A stretch of 64,000 nt of DNA from an uncultured bacterium (GTDB lineage Bacteria > Armatimonadota > JACIXR01), in assembly GCA_938041455.1 (NCBI GenBank), contig CALITO010000008.1:206319-270318 (forward strand), written 5' to 3'. The position numbers and the translations under genes were made by a program. Below are positions 1 through 10,289 of the stretch, piece by piece. A model generated the notes under the pieces. That model saw only the letters and a program-made list of their open reading frames with translations, ran no database searches and was not told the origin of the DNA. Positions within the stretch are counted from its first letter, which is position 1; each line of letters begins with the position of its first letter.

Positions 1-93
1 TTCGTTAACACATTAAAAAAGGAGAGAAGAGAGTATATAGAGCGCTATCCGGGGCTTGCCGAAGAGATAGTAAAGGTAATAAACTCCGACTAA
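1..93 (+). CDS. 3' end of an upstream gene (partial; translation ...KKERREYIERYPGLAEEIVKVINSD*); product unknown
   Basis: Frame-1 open from window start to TAA at 91-93; no start in window. Confidence 0.3.
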   Translation, partial: FVNTLKKERREYIERYPGLAEEIVKVINSD

Positions 94-140
94 ATTCAAG
101 CAATGTAATCCTTTAATTGGACAAATAAGCGCCGGAGATT

Positions 141-3100
141 TCAGGGAGAGCGAAATTCACATTCTATAATGTTTCTCCTCGTGCTCTCCAATTTAATGAT
201 GACCATTCTCCACTCTTCAATATAGTGCCAACCTCTCTCTACTTCATCCAGAACCGAACTTTGTTCCAAAGTAACACCGTTTAATGTAATCTTGGAAAGC
301 GAGCCTTTATGAACCACCGTAAGGAAGGCATTTACTAAGTCACCTTCCTCCGTCTCTATGACGATTTTTCCCGGTTTATGGGTTGCTTTAAACTCGACTC
401 CTCCAGTTATGTGAACTTTACCCTCTGGGGTATCTAAAACTTTGAAGTGGATATCCAGGGGGTCACCGGACAACCAAAAGATATTACGGAGGATAAGAAT
501 AGGGGCGAGCCAGGGACTTGCGGGGTTATCGGGGATAAGTTCATAAGAATCAGGATATAAGCCTTTATAGGTTCCCTCCGTTGCTTGCTGTTCCATCGCC
601 GATTGAAGGATTAGGTTAGCTATATCCCGCCAGGGGAACGAATTGTCATACTGTGCGAGTAAACGAAGGGAATGTGCGTAAGCGAGGCCGTTCCATTGAA
701 CCGGCCGGGCAAACCAAGGTAGAACATGGAAAGTGGCACCAAAAATAGGTATAGTTGCCCCCAACATAACTCTTTCCCGCTCAGGTGCTTTCCATAAATA
801 AACGAAGGGCAGACCAGCCATTGCTAATTGCTTTGCTCTTTCTAAATAATGTTTGTTTTTGGTGATTTCGTAAGCATAGAGATAAGGAGTAATGGCTACC
901 GCCGAAGCGTAAATATCTGGAGCGTGAAGGGGGCATTCCCAGGTTTGAGCTCCCGCGGGAATGTAGAATTTATCCATAAATTGGAGCGCCGCTAATCCTC
1001 TCTGAAGTGCTTCTTCCTCTCCCGTTAATAGTGCCCAACGCAAAATATTCCCCGCTAAAGGAGCACATATCCCTATTTCTGTTTCCCCTTCTCTTCCTAA
1101 GGTTTTTCTCTTTTCATCTGGTTGGAAAACCCAAGCACCATCTTCCCTTTGGCTTTTCATAGCTTCTATCGCCATTGCCTTGGCATTTCTCAACGACTCC
1201 ACTAATCCACCTAGGCGGAAGGCCACCTCGAGTGAATTAGCAGGACTAGTGGAATGGAGCGTTCTCCTTGCCAGGGAAAGAACTTTTGCCTTCAAACTGG
1301 CATCCCCAATGTGGTTTGCTATCTTCAGGAGGGCAAAGGAAACGTTAACATCCAATTGATGGGGAACACCTGTCCAAGGTAGCCAGCCAAAAGCCTGTTC
1401 ATCCCATATAACATCTGTATAACAAAACGCACAAAGTTCCATCTCCTCAACAAGGGAACGAGAAAGCTTTGATTGAGGTAATCCAAAAGCCTTTTTCCAT
1501 TCATTAATTGAGGTGAGAACATCTTCCCCGTTTCTTATCGCTAACCTGCACACGAGTGTTAGTGGTTCTTTCGCTTTCGCAATGTAGGGAGGCTCCGCTC
1601 GCAAGGCGTTCTCTTTCACCCATTTCGGAATAGAGGGGATGAAAAGACTCAACAAGTGATTAGCTCCGCCTTCGATAAAGTTTGGAGAAGCGAAGAGAGC
1701 AGAGGGGAAATTATCCGAACCATTCCATTTTTGATTCTCATCCCAAAGAAGGGAAACGGTGCAATCAGATGAGGAAATAGACATAAGTGGAATAGTTATT
1801 TTGTAGGGATGAGGTGCCCAGCGGTCGGAAGCGGGAGGATTCACATCTCTCGTAGAAGAAGAGTGCTCGCTCCCCTGGAGAAACTCTAGCCCGGGAAATA
1901 GGGCGTATCTCTTCTCCTCACCCCAACTTCTTTCACCTACATACACACGAGGGAAGCGAAGCGCTGATAATGGGACATCTTTTGAGGGTATGCACTTCAA
2001 GGAAAGGACAAACTGCTGAGTGGAGAAATCCACCCCATAGCGAACTTCGAAGTCCCAGTCCACTCCACATCTTAACTTGCCCTTGAAGACAACTCCACTT
2101 CTGTATCTCGCGTAATTGTGAGAAAATGCTTCAGCGGTTGCACCTGCTGTTTCTAAAGAAAAAAGGGAAGGAATTATCGCTAAATCCTTCCATTTTCCTT
2201 CCTTTTTATATTGGAGGAGCACAACACCATAGCCTTGGGGAGTAAGTGGGAAAAAGAGACGAGCATTTGGCAGTTCCAGTGGAAGTCCCTTTTTATGTAA
2301 ATCGTCCATAACTATGAGTGGGAATTCACCCACGGATTTTATGCTCCCCGCTTGTAGTGTTGTTTTTACAGAGTAGAGCCCCGCTTTATTCAGGGTGGGA
2401 AGTTCAACATATAAGACTTCCTCCTTTCCTCTATCTATAGAAGGCAGAGGAAAACTGTTTTTGAAGCCGTGGGAAGCAACTATCAGGAAACCTCTTTCGG
2501 AGGCTTTTCTTCCCTCATTTCTAATGGTTATCTTTAACAGGGGCTTTTCCCCCACAAGGTAAAGTGGCCTGTGGGAAGTTATGGAAAGGGAAAGGCGGGC
2601 ACTGATTTGATAGGGAGCGGGAGTCAAGGAAACATTATCTATCAGAAAATGCCCTGCTCCCGCTGTTCCACTCTCGTTTATGCGGATACCTACAACTACC
2701 GCCTCCACATCGGGGTCATTTATAAAATCAAAACTTATACTTCCCTCATGCCATCTCTCGTCTCCGATGTGTGATAAGGGAATGAGAAACTTGGCTCTTC
2801 TTGGTGAGGTTTCCCTTCCCTCTTTATCAAGAGGGATAACGAAGACAGCGAGATTGTCCTTCCCCTTAGAGAAAATTGCCTTGTAAAAAAATCTCACTTC
2901 TCCCTTAAGGGAAGGGAGAGAAGCAGAGTTTAAAACAGCCATACCTTTATCTATAGTTTTTAATTCAACGGCATATTCTCCCTCATAAGATAGGGGAGAT
3001 ATGTTGACAAAGACATCCTTACCCAACTCCCCTCTTATCGCTCCCGCCGACCAATAGGTGGGAAAACCTTGCTGAATTTCCTCAAAAGTGCCGTTAGGTG

Positions 3101-3167
3101 GGAGCCGGGAGGCGTGAAGGGTTAGGAGTGGCGTCAAAAGTAAAAGTAGAAACCAATGGACGGACAC
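141..3167 (-). CDS. Large secreted protein (1008 aa) with N-terminal signal peptide; putative glycoside hydrolase / polysaccharide-processing enzyme with (alpha/alpha)6-like C-terminal region; family not recognised
   Basis: Long ORF, signal peptide MSVHWFLLLLLTPLLTLHA, coding-like composition; function inferred only from size/secretion/context. Confidence 0.6.
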   Translation of the reverse strand: MSVHWFLLLLLTPLLTLHASRLPPNGTFEEIQQGFPTYWSAGAIRGELGKDVFVNISPLSYEGEYAVELKTIDKGMAVLNSASLPSLKGEVRFFYKAIFSKGKDNLAVFVIPLDKEGRETSPRRAKFLIPLSHIGDERWHEGSISFDFINDPDVEAVVVGIRINESGTAGAGHFLIDNVSLTPAPYQISARLSLSITSHRPLYLVGEKPLLKITIRNEGRKASERGFLIVASHGFKNSFPLPSIDRGKEEVLYVELPTLNKAGLYSVKTTLQAGSIKSVGEFPLIVMDDLHKKGLPLELPNARLFFPLTPQGYGVVLLQYKKEGKWKDLAIIPSLFSLETAGATAEAFSHNYARYRSGVVFKGKLRCGVDWDFEVRYGVDFSTQQFVLSLKCIPSKDVPLSALRFPRVYVGERSWGEEKRYALFPGLEFLQGSEHSSSTRDVNPPASDRWAPHPYKITIPLMSISSSDCTVSLLWDENQKWNGSDNFPSALFASPNFIEGGANHLLSLFIPSIPKWVKENALRAEPPYIAKAKEPLTLVCRLAIRNGEDVLTSINEWKKAFGLPQSKLSRSLVEEMELCAFCYTDVIWDEQAFGWLPWTGVPHQLDVNVSFALLKIANHIGDASLKAKVLSLARRTLHSTSPANSLEVAFRLGGLVESLRNAKAMAIEAMKSQREDGAWVFQPDEKRKTLGREGETEIGICAPLAGNILRWALLTGEEEALQRGLAALQFMDKFYIPAGAQTWECPLHAPDIYASAVAITPYLYAYEITKNKHYLERAKQLAMAGLPFVYLWKAPERERVMLGATIPIFGATFHVLPWFARPVQWNGLAYAHSLRLLAQYDNSFPWRDIANLILQSAMEQQATEGTYKGLYPDSYELIPDNPASPWLAPILILRNIFWLSGDPLDIHFKVLDTPEGKVHITGGVEFKATHKPGKIVIETEEGDLVNAFLTVVHKGSLSKITLNGVTLEQSSVLDEVERGWHYIEEWRMVIIKLESTRRNIIECEFRSP

Positions 3168-3182
3168 ATTGTATCCCTCCTT

Positions 3183-4097
3183 CTAATACAATTTTATCTT
3201 CTTCAGGTATAAATCGTGAGAACCATCTTTCACGGTGTATTCGTAGTATAAATAAATTGTGTCTTTGAATACAAATGAAGAAATGTAGCGCATCGAGTTG
3301 CTCGCATAGGGTGATGTGAATAAGGGGTAACCGAGTTTTTGAAAATGCAAAAGGTCAAAAGAGAAAGCAAGACTCGCCTTCTCCTCCCTACTCTGCTCCG
3401 GTCGTTCTCTCCCATCCCAAAAAGCTAAGAAAAGAGGAGGGAGGTAAATTATGGAGGTTATACGGGCGCAATTAGCGTCCCATTTCTCCCCAGGGGATAG
3501 CACTTCCTTCACCCAACGAAAACTCTCTCCATCATCGCTCAGAAGTAAAGCAGTCCTCTCGTCCCATTTTTCACTTTTTGGGCTAAAGCAGACGAAGAGA
3601 TAAAAAATGTTGCCAACCAGGATAAGGAAAGGGTCCTTCAAAGAAGCAACACCGAAATATTCGGGCTCAAGAATCTTTTTCCGCTCGTTTATATTGAATG
3701 CGTCGGGCTTATCTGCTACGAATAAATCTATCTTCCAGCGCCTATCTGTTGCGTCCTCATATGATACATAAAATCTCCATACTCCCTTCGGGTCCTTGAC
3801 AAGCGATGTCCCCTCTACAGAGTTCGCATTTAAGTCTCGCTTTGTAAGTTCCCAGATAATCCGGAAGTTCAGGGAATCTTTACTCTCCCCTATTACGCAT
3901 TTATAGCCTCTCTCTTCGGGTGAGCGAAGTCTATAGGAGATGTAGAAATTTGAAGATTGGGGGTCAAAGAGCGAGCTGGCTGCGCCTGCCCAGAAACCTA
4001 CACCCCGCCCCTCGGCCGTAGCCACCAATTCTCCCTCCTCGGGATTAAAAATTGGAAGAACCCCCAACCAGCGAAGTTCTTGTCCAAAAATATGCAT
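3183..4097 (-). CDS. 5-bladed beta-propeller glycosidase-like protein (GH43/GH130/GH32-type fold)
   Basis: 304 aa; SDDGESFRW and other Asp-rich blade motifs typical of beta-propeller glycosidases; 15 nt from upstream gene. Confidence 0.5.
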   Translation of the reverse strand: MHIFGQELRWLGVLPIFNPEEGELVATAEGRGVGFWAGAASSLFDPQSSNFYISYRLRSPEERGYKCVIGESKDSLNFRIIWELTKRDLNANSVEGTSLVKDPKGVWRFYVSYEDATDRRWKIDLFVADKPDAFNINERKKILEPEYFGVASLKDPFLILVGNIFYLFVCFSPKSEKWDERTALLLSDDGESFRWVKEVLSPGEKWDANCARITSIIYLPPLFLAFWDGRERPEQSREEKASLAFSFDLLHFQKLGYPLFTSPYASNSMRYISSFVFKDTIYLYYEYTVKDGSHDLYLKKIKLY

Positions 4098-4657
4098 TAG
4101 CCTAAACCCCCTTTTCCTAAAAAGAATTTTAAAACAAAAAGTAAAATAAGTAAGAGGGAGAAAGCGAAGCTTCGCAATTCATTGTTCTCCTTTACTCTTG
4201 ACCAACTGAACGCTCCTTTAGATAAAATGAATCTTGCTTTTGGCAAGGGAAGAAAAGCGGGAACAGAGTTCTTATAAAAGAGGTATTCTTTACCAAACTT
4301 TCTCTGGAGGAATTCTTCCTCCGATTTTATAGTGGGTATATAAACGAGGGCAAAAAGAAGTAGATAGATAGGCAAAATAATATAAAACAAACCCGAGAGA
4401 AAACAAATTCCTATCCCGATGACGAAACTGCCAAGATAAAGGGGGTTTCTGGTATAAGCATAGGGACCGCTGGTTGTAAGAAGTTCATTTTTGACGATAT
4501 AACCTGCGGAGAGCAACCTTATCCCTTCTCCAAGAATGACCAAGCCTGCGCCTACCAAAAGACCCCAAAGAGAGGGCTTGGCAAATATAAAACACAATAA
4601 AGGGAAAAGGAGGTGAAAGAATGTCCTTCTCTGAGCTATATGCTCTATGAGTCTCAT
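4097..4657 (-). CDS. Membrane methyltransferase of the isoprenylcysteine carboxyl methyltransferase (ICMT/PEMT) family; LmtA-like candidate
   Basis: 186 aa, multiple TM helices, RNPLYLG motif of ICMT-family enzymes; 4-nt overlap with lpxB stop. Confidence 0.6.
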   Translation of the reverse strand: MRLIEHIAQRRTFFHLLFPLLCFIFAKPSLWGLLVGAGLVILGEGIRLLSAGYIVKNELLTTSGPYAYTRNPLYLGSFVIGIGICFLSGLFYIILPIYLLLFALVYIPTIKSEEEFLQRKFGKEYLFYKNSVPAFLPLPKARFILSKGAFSWSRVKENNELRSFAFSLLLILLFVLKFFLGKGGLG

Positions 4658-5838
4658 TTTCGCCTTGCCATTTCCCTGACAAAAATCGCGGTCCTTTTAA
4701 AAGTTCCCTTTTCACCTAAATTACCCTTTATCTCCTTAAAAAGTTGAAACTGCCTACTTCTCACATCCTCGTTTATTAGCAATTGCAGAGCCAGGTTCGC
4801 TAAGAGGGGTGGAATCGCTTGTTCTTGGATTAACTCGGGGAACTCCTTTCTCCCCAATATTATGTTGGGAAGAGAAACATAGGGAAACCGCAAACGCCGC
4901 AAATGGTATTCAAGATGAGTTAAGGGAGAGCCCTTGTAAATGATGAGCATGGGGGTTTCTAATATAGCTGCTTCTAAAGTTGCAGTGCCGGAGGCAACTA
5001 TAAGAGCATCGGAGGCGTTCATAACCCTCCAGGATTGTCCTTCTCTAAGATAAACTGTGTAGCCATCACCTCTCAGAGAATTACGAGACATTTCCCAACC
5101 CCGAGGGAGACAATTTTTGAGAGATTGTAGCGCGCCCTCCGGCGGGGCAAGGACAAATTGGAGCATAGGGATATGTTTTTTGAGAAAGGGAACTGCTCTA
5201 AGTATGGTAGGGAGGATGTAGCGGAGTTCCTGCTCCCGGCTTCCCGGGAGAAGTCCGAGAGTGGGGACTTCTTTCAAGCCGAGTCCAGCCCTTGCTATTT
5301 CCTTCTCTTCCTTCTCTAATATGTCCAAGAGAGGATGTCCAAAGAAATAGGCTTCCACTCCCTCCTCCTGGAGTGCCTTTTGGTTCCAGGGGAAAATGCA
5401 TATCACCTTGTCAGCTGCCTTTTTGAGATGGTGGACACTCCTACCTACTTCTCTTCTCCAAGAGCCGGGCGGGATAAAGTAAAGAACAGGTATACCTCTC
5501 TTCTTTGCCCATTTCCCCAGGCGAAGATTAAAGGCGCCGAAGTCCACCAGCAAAAGGACATCAGGAGGATTCCGGGAAAGAGAAATTTTCACTTTGGTAT
5601 AGGCGGTGAGGAAAAAAGGAACCACTTTAAGTGCTTCCACAACACCGATTGCTCCCTTAGGGGAGGAATAAACAAGCAAGGAAACCCCTGCTTTTGCCAT
5701 ATTATATCCCCCCATTCCCCACATCTTTGCCCCGGGTATCTCCTCAGCAATTGCTTTTGCCAGGTAAGAGGCGTAAAGGTCGCCAGAAGTTTCTCCCACG
5801 GAGAGGAAAATCTTAGCTTCTTCTTGCCAAACGCTCAA
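4654..5838 (-). CDS. lpxB: Lipid-A-disaccharide synthase LpxB (GT19)
   Basis: N-terminal GETSGD motif, length 394 aa, position after lpxA in lpx cluster. Confidence 0.9.
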   Translation of the reverse strand: MSVWQEEAKIFLSVGETSGDLYASYLAKAIAEEIPGAKMWGMGGYNMAKAGVSLLVYSSPKGAIGVVEALKVVPFFLTAYTKVKISLSRNPPDVLLLVDFGAFNLRLGKWAKKRGIPVLYFIPPGSWRREVGRSVHHLKKAADKVICIFPWNQKALQEEGVEAYFFGHPLLDILEKEEKEIARAGLGLKEVPTLGLLPGSREQELRYILPTILRAVPFLKKHIPMLQFVLAPPEGALQSLKNCLPRGWEMSRNSLRGDGYTVYLREGQSWRVMNASDALIVASGTATLEAAILETPMLIIYKGSPLTHLEYHLRRLRFPYVSLPNIILGRKEFPELIQEQAIPPLLANLALQLLINEDVRSRQFQLFKEIKGNLGEKGTFKRTAIFVREMARRK

Positions 5839-6625
5839 GTTGCCTTCCCGCTCGGCTTTGCCTCATAGCATCTAAGAATTCCAATAACCTCTTTAATTCC
5901 TCGCTTTGATTTGGTATCTCCTTCTCGACCTTCTTGATACCCTTACCCAAGGGCAGTTTTGAGTGGAAGAGGATGATGTAAGCTTTCTTGAGCTGGTTTC
6001 GCACGGGAAGAGGGATGCCAGCCCTTCGTAGACCTACTTTATTATGACCTACTACCTTAGCTGGTCTTCCATCTACCATCATAAAGGGTGGAACATCCTG
6101 AACAACTTTAGAATACCCCCCGACCATCGCAAGTCGCCCTACCGTAACCCACTGGTGAACACCTACTATACCCCCGAAGTTCGCTCCATCCTCTATGACT
6201 ACATGCCCGCTTATCCCCACATAATTGGACATAACCACATTATTCCCCACCTTGCAATTGTGACCTATATGGCTATAGGCCATCAAAAGGTTATTATCGC
6301 CTATTTCAGTGCACCCTTCTCCCAAAGCTCTGTGAATCGTCACGAATTCCCGTATGATATTGTTATTCCCGATTATAACGGAGGTTTTTTCCCCTTTATA
6401 GTGCGAATCCTGGGGGGGAGCGCCGATAACTGCCCCGGGGAATATCTGACAATTTTTCCCGATAATAACATTTTCCATAATGATGGCGTGGGTGTGGATA
6501 TGGGTTCCTTCCCCTATTCTCACATAGGGACCTATGTAGGCATAAGCTTCTACTATAACGCCGGGTTCTATAATCGCCGTGGGATGTATTACTGCTGTAG
6601 GATGAACCATGGTGTTAAGTTCCAT
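5813..6625 (-). CDS. lpxA: Acyl-ACP--UDP-N-acetylglucosamine O-acyltransferase LpxA
   Basis: Left-handed beta-helix hexapeptide repeats, strong similarity to E. coli LpxA N-terminus (VHPTAII..G..IG), AGGTGA RBS 6 nt upstream. Confidence 0.9.
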   Translation of the reverse strand: MELNTMVHPTAVIHPTAIIEPGVIVEAYAYIGPYVRIGEGTHIHTHAIIMENVIIGKNCQIFPGAVIGAPPQDSHYKGEKTSVIIGNNNIIREFVTIHRALGEGCTEIGDNNLLMAYSHIGHNCKVGNNVVMSNYVGISGHVVIEDGANFGGIVGVHQWVTVGRLAMVGGYSKVVQDVPPFMMVDGRPAKVVGHNKVGLRRAGIPLPVRNQLKKAYIILFHSKLPLGKGIKKVEKEIPNQSEELKRLLEFLDAMRQSRAGRQLERLARRS

Positions 6626-6639
6626 CTCCCTTCACCTAC

Positions 6640-7116
6640 CTAAGGAGATACCTTCTCTACTTCTTCATATGGTTCTTCTCTTTCCACCAGCATAAAAAGG
6701 AATTCTCCTTCCGCTACTAATTTGTTATCAACCTTCGCTACCGCTTTCACCTTTCCCGCATTACCTTTGGTCTTAAGAACTTCCACCTCCATTATGAGAG
6801 TGTCTCCCGGATGCACTGGATTACGAAACCGCACCTTGTCCATTCCTCCGAAGTAGGCGAGCTTTCCCTCGTTACCCGTCATAGAGAGAAGGAGAACACC
6901 ACCCACCTGTGCCATGGCCTCTAAAATAAGCACACCGGGCATAATAGGTCGTCCAGGGAAATGCCCTTGAAAGAATGGTTCGTTTATGGTGACATTCTTT
7001 AACCCTACCGCTCTCCTTCCTGGTTCTATCTCAAGAACGCGGTCTATGAGAAGAAAGGGGTATCTATGAGGTAGGATTTTCAAGATGTCGTGTGTCTTCA
7101 TACTTAAATTATCCAC
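6640..7116 (-). CDS. fabZ: 3-hydroxyacyl-ACP dehydratase FabZ
   Basis: [14 protein letters not shown]...[20 protein letters not shown] hot-dog fold signature. Confidence 0.9.
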   Translation of the reverse strand: MDNLSMKTHDILKILPHRYPFLLIDRVLEIEPGRRAVGLKNVTINEPFFQGHFPGRPIMPGVLILEAMAQVGGVLLLSMTGNEGKLAYFGGMDKVRFRNPVHPGDTLIMEVEVLKTKGNAGKVKAVAKVDNKLVAEGEFLFMLVEREEPYEEVEKVSP

Positions 7117-7955
7117 CTCCTTATATTCATCTTAGAGGAAAGTTGTCTGACTAATTCTAAGTGGAGGGTGTGGCTTGCTTTTATTGCGAGGATATGACAC
7201 TTGGGGTAAAAACCCAAAAGGGAGAGATCTCCAATAAGGTCCAAGATTTTATGCCTGACTAGTTCGTTCTCAAACCTCAGAGGTGTTGCCGGTCCATCCT
7301 TGGTTATCAAGAGGGCATTTTCCAATGAACCACCCAAGGCGTATCCGTTCCTCAACAAAGTTTCCACCTCGTAATCAAAGCCGAAGGTTCTCGCCGGTGC
7401 TATCTCTCTCTCAAAAACATCTTCCGTTATAACAAAGGAAGCGATCTGCTCACTGGCGTAGGAATGATTATAATCCACAAAGTAAGTTATGCGAAGCCGC
7501 GGCGAAGGCACAGCCACAATATGTGCCTCTCCCTTCCTTACCCAAACACCTTCCTTCAAACTTGCAACTTTTCTCCTTTCTCCCTGTCTGATTATTCCGC
7601 CATCCTTTAGAAGAGCAACTAAAGGAGCAGAGCTACCATCTAAAGCGGGAATTTCTTCTCCCTCCATCTCTATCAGGGCATTATCTATCCCCATTCCCCA
7701 TAACCCAGCTAAGAGGTGTTCCACGGTGGAGATGGTAATACCGTCTTTTCCCAAAGTCACGCACCTTTGAGCGGAGTGAACATTTTCTACAGAGGCTTTC
7801 AAAAAAATGGGGGGATTAACATCTACTCTAAGGAACACTATGCCGCTGTTTGGTTCCGCGGGGTGAATAGTAAGTGATGCCTGTTTCCCTGTATGTAAGC
7901 CGTTTCCCTCTATCCGGATAGGTTTCCCAACCGTCTGTTGTTGCATCTCTTTCAA
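7104..7955 (-). CDS. lpxC: UDP-3-O-acyl-N-acetylglucosamine deacetylase LpxC
   Basis: GLHTGK, TVEHL, ARTFGF, HKxLDxIGDL motifs collinear with E. coli LpxC. Confidence 0.9.
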   Translation of the reverse strand: MKEMQQQTVGKPIRIEGNGLHTGKQASLTIHPAEPNSGIVFLRVDVNPPIFLKASVENVHSAQRCVTLGKDGITISTVEHLLAGLWGMGIDNALIEMEGEEIPALDGSSAPLVALLKDGGIIRQGERRKVASLKEGVWVRKGEAHIVAVPSPRLRITYFVDYNHSYASEQIASFVITEDVFEREIAPARTFGFDYEVETLLRNGYALGGSLENALLITKDGPATPLRFENELVRHKILDLIGDLSLLGFYPKCHILAIKASHTLHLELVRQLSSKMNIRRWII

Positions 7956-8584
7956 AAACCTATCTTGAAATATATTGCTCCGCTGAGGTTTCCCTCCAGG
8001 GAGAAGACCTCTATCTCCACGAGTGGGAGCACCTGCATTCCCAAGCCGAAATTGACCTTTTTATTAGCATACTCCCCCATCAACCTACTGTTTTCGGAGA
8101 TAGGCACAACGAAGCCGGCAAACACGCCATCTATAACTTTGCCGGAGGATATGCCTACACTCACTTGCGGAGAGCCGAAGGGCAGGCCTGCTGTCTTGGT
8201 AGCTACCCGGGCTACTGATATAGTCTTTGTGGCCACAGCGTAAACGGAGTTGCCTATCTCGTCCGTTAAATCCACCACGCCCACAGCGATAGCAGGTAGG
8301 GCGATTCCCTCTTGGAGAAGAACAATTTTACCGTTAAGAAGAGTGTGCGAAGTCTTGTTGCTCACACGAGAAGCAGATACCTCCCAATTTGGGAAAAGTC
8401 CCACACATCCTCCAGCGGTATTTAAATCCTTTGAAACGCTTCCAATAAGGACTACGCCAGCCGGTTTTATTGCCTCCGCTGTGGGGGCGGTGAATATCCC
8501 GGAGTAACCGTAAATAGTGGGCTGGGCAGAAAAGCAAAAGCTCACCGCCACCAATAAAAGAAAGGCTATCAGTAACTTTTTCAT
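7952..8584 (-). CDS. Small outer-membrane beta-barrel protein (signal peptide, C-terminal aromatic ...YFKIGF)
   Basis: Signal peptide [20 protein letters not shown], alternating amphipathic strands, terminal Phe. Confidence 0.55.
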   Translation of the reverse strand: MKKLLIAFLLLVAVSFCFSAQPTIYGYSGIFTAPTAEAIKPAGVVLIGSVSKDLNTAGGCVGLFPNWEVSASRVSNKTSHTLLNGKIVLLQEGIALPAIAVGVVDLTDEIGNSVYAVATKTISVARVATKTAGLPFGSPQVSVGISSGKVIDGVFAGFVVPISENSRLMGEYANKKVNFGLGMQVLPLVEIEVFSLEGNLSGAIYFKIGF

Positions 8585-9609
8585 TTCTCTCCTCCTTTCT
8601 CCAGTTTGTCAATTTTCTTTTTGATTTCCTCCAAGTTCTTCACTATCTCGGGTAGACGCTGGAGGAGGGCGAGAACCCGCATCTGCTGGGCGTGAGGGCG
8701 AGCGGGGTAGCCCGAGTAGATGCTATCGGGTGGAACATTTCCTATAACACCCGCTTGAGCAGCTATGATTGCGTTATCTCCAATCTCTATATGGTCGGCT
8801 ATGCCCGCTTGCCCAGCTAAAGTTACATTCTTACCTACCTTAACGCTTCCCGATATCCCTACCTGCGCCACTATTATGCTATTCTCCCCAATATCCACAT
8901 TATGGGCAATTTGAACAAGGTTATCTATCTTCGTCCCCTTCCCTATCCTCGTCTCCCCTAAAGTTGCCCTATCTATCGTGGTATTAGCCCCTATCTCCAC
9001 ATCTTCCTCAATGACGACCTTACCTATATGAGGAATTTTGAGATGCTTACCTCCCTCCTGGACATAACCGAAACCATCTGCTCCTATAACAGCTCCCGAG
9101 TGAACTATACAATTATCCCCAATCTCCACATTATCGTAGATTGTGACCTGGGCATAAAGTAAGACATTGCACCCTATCTTGCAATTTTCTCCGATATAAC
9201 TCAAAGGATAAATCACCGTGCCATCACCTATCTCGGAATTAGATCCTATATAACAGAATGCCCCGATGTATACCGCTTCTCCCAACTTTACCCCTTCCTC
9301 TATAATGGCTGTAGGGTGTATGCTCGGCTGGGGTTTTCTTCTCCAGGAGAATAGTTCCAGAGCCTTTATTAGTGCCAAGCGAGGACTGGGGACATATATC
9401 GCGTTCTTATCTGTTTCCCATCCTTCCTTTAACAAAAGAGCAGAAGCACCGCTCCTTTCCGCAATAGGAAGCAGCTTCTCCTCATCCACAAAGGCAAGGT
9501 CGCCTTCCCTTGCCTTCTCTAAGGGAGCAAACCTATAGAGGACGATGTGGGGATCACCCTTTAAGGAGCCACCCACATACTTCGCTATCTCCCTTAGGGT
9601 AAAGGGCAT
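8581..9609 (-). CDS. lpxD: UDP-3-O-(3-hydroxyacyl)glucosamine N-acyltransferase LpxD
   Basis: Hexapeptide repeats; GADGFGY...KIPHIG...QIAHNV collinear with E. coli LpxD. Confidence 0.9.
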   Translation of the reverse strand: MPFTLREIAKYVGGSLKGDPHIVLYRFAPLEKAREGDLAFVDEEKLLPIAERSGASALLLKEGWETDKNAIYVPSPRLALIKALELFSWRRKPQPSIHPTAIIEEGVKLGEAVYIGAFCYIGSNSEIGDGTVIYPLSYIGENCKIGCNVLLYAQVTIYDNVEIGDNCIVHSGAVIGADGFGYVQEGGKHLKIPHIGKVVIEEDVEIGANTTIDRATLGETRIGKGTKIDNLVQIAHNVDIGENSIIVAQVGISGSVKVGKNVTLAGQAGIADHIEIGDNAIIAAQAGVIGNVPPDSIYSGYPARPHAQQMRVLALLQRLPEIVKNLEEIKKKIDKLEKGGEK

Positions 9610-10289
9610 CTGCGCTTCACCTCTTCCAAAATCCTCTCATATTTCACCATCGCTTTTGTGAAGACCTCTTTCTCCTTCTCTATATCCTGGCTTATTTCTA
9701 AGCCTATTTTTCGGAGCTCTTCCTCAACCTTGCCTTTGTCCAGGGTAGGAACAAAACTTATGAGAATTGGTGATTTCCACCAAAATTGGGGAAGTGCGGG
9801 TGGAGGTGGTAGGACGATTTCTTCCTTCGCAGGGAGGGGGGGAGGGAGGGAAGAGGGGGGTGCCTCCCACTGAGAAATAAGGGCTTGAAAAGCAGAGGAG
9901 AGTCGGCTTTCTGCTTCCCTTGCCTCCTCGGGTTTTCTTCCTACTTCTCCAATGAGAGCCTTCAAGCGGAGGTTAAAAAGGACAGGAGCATTTTCCTCCC
10001 GCCATTCCTCTATCTGTTGGGCGATTATTCTCCATCTACTTTCCATTGCCTCTTGGGGAGCTTCCTTTTGCGTATTTTTCCACTCCCTTACCTTCTCAAA
10101 TTCCTTGATAAACAATTCATAACCTGTTTCTCTCTTCTCCTTAGCCTGTGCAACAAGGCATTCATATAGAACAGTTACCCCCTGGGAGAAAGCAAAATCC
10201 CCCAGAGTTAAGAGAAACCAAACCAAGAAAAGGCTTCCCCTACTTGTTAATGGCTTTGATGACCTCAGCAGTGATATCAACTCCGCCAA
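9594..10289 (-). CDS. Secreted proline-rich coiled-coil protein, unknown function (start uncertain; overlaps upstream gene by 50 nt)
   Basis: Signal-peptide-like N-terminus, PPPLP / PPPP tracts encoded by G-rich plus-strand DNA. Confidence 0.45.
   Translation of the reverse strand: MAELISLLRSSKPLTSRGSLFLVWFLLTLGDFAFSQGVTVLYECLVAQAKEKRETGYELFIKEFEKVREWKNTQKEAPQEAMESRWRIIAQQIEEWREENAPVLFNLRLKALIGEVGRKPEEAREAESRLSSAFQALISQWEAPPSSLPPPLPAKEEIVLPPPPALPQFWWKSPILISFVPTLDKGKVEEELRKIGLEISQDIEKEKEVFTKAMVKYERILEEVKRRCPLP

Noticed and set aside
5335-6643. Plus-strand ORFs of 177 and 199 aa (5335-5868, 6044-6643)
   Set aside because: Antisense to lpxB/lpxA, which have clear homology. Low-complexity translations with no motifs. 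Typical shadow ORFs.
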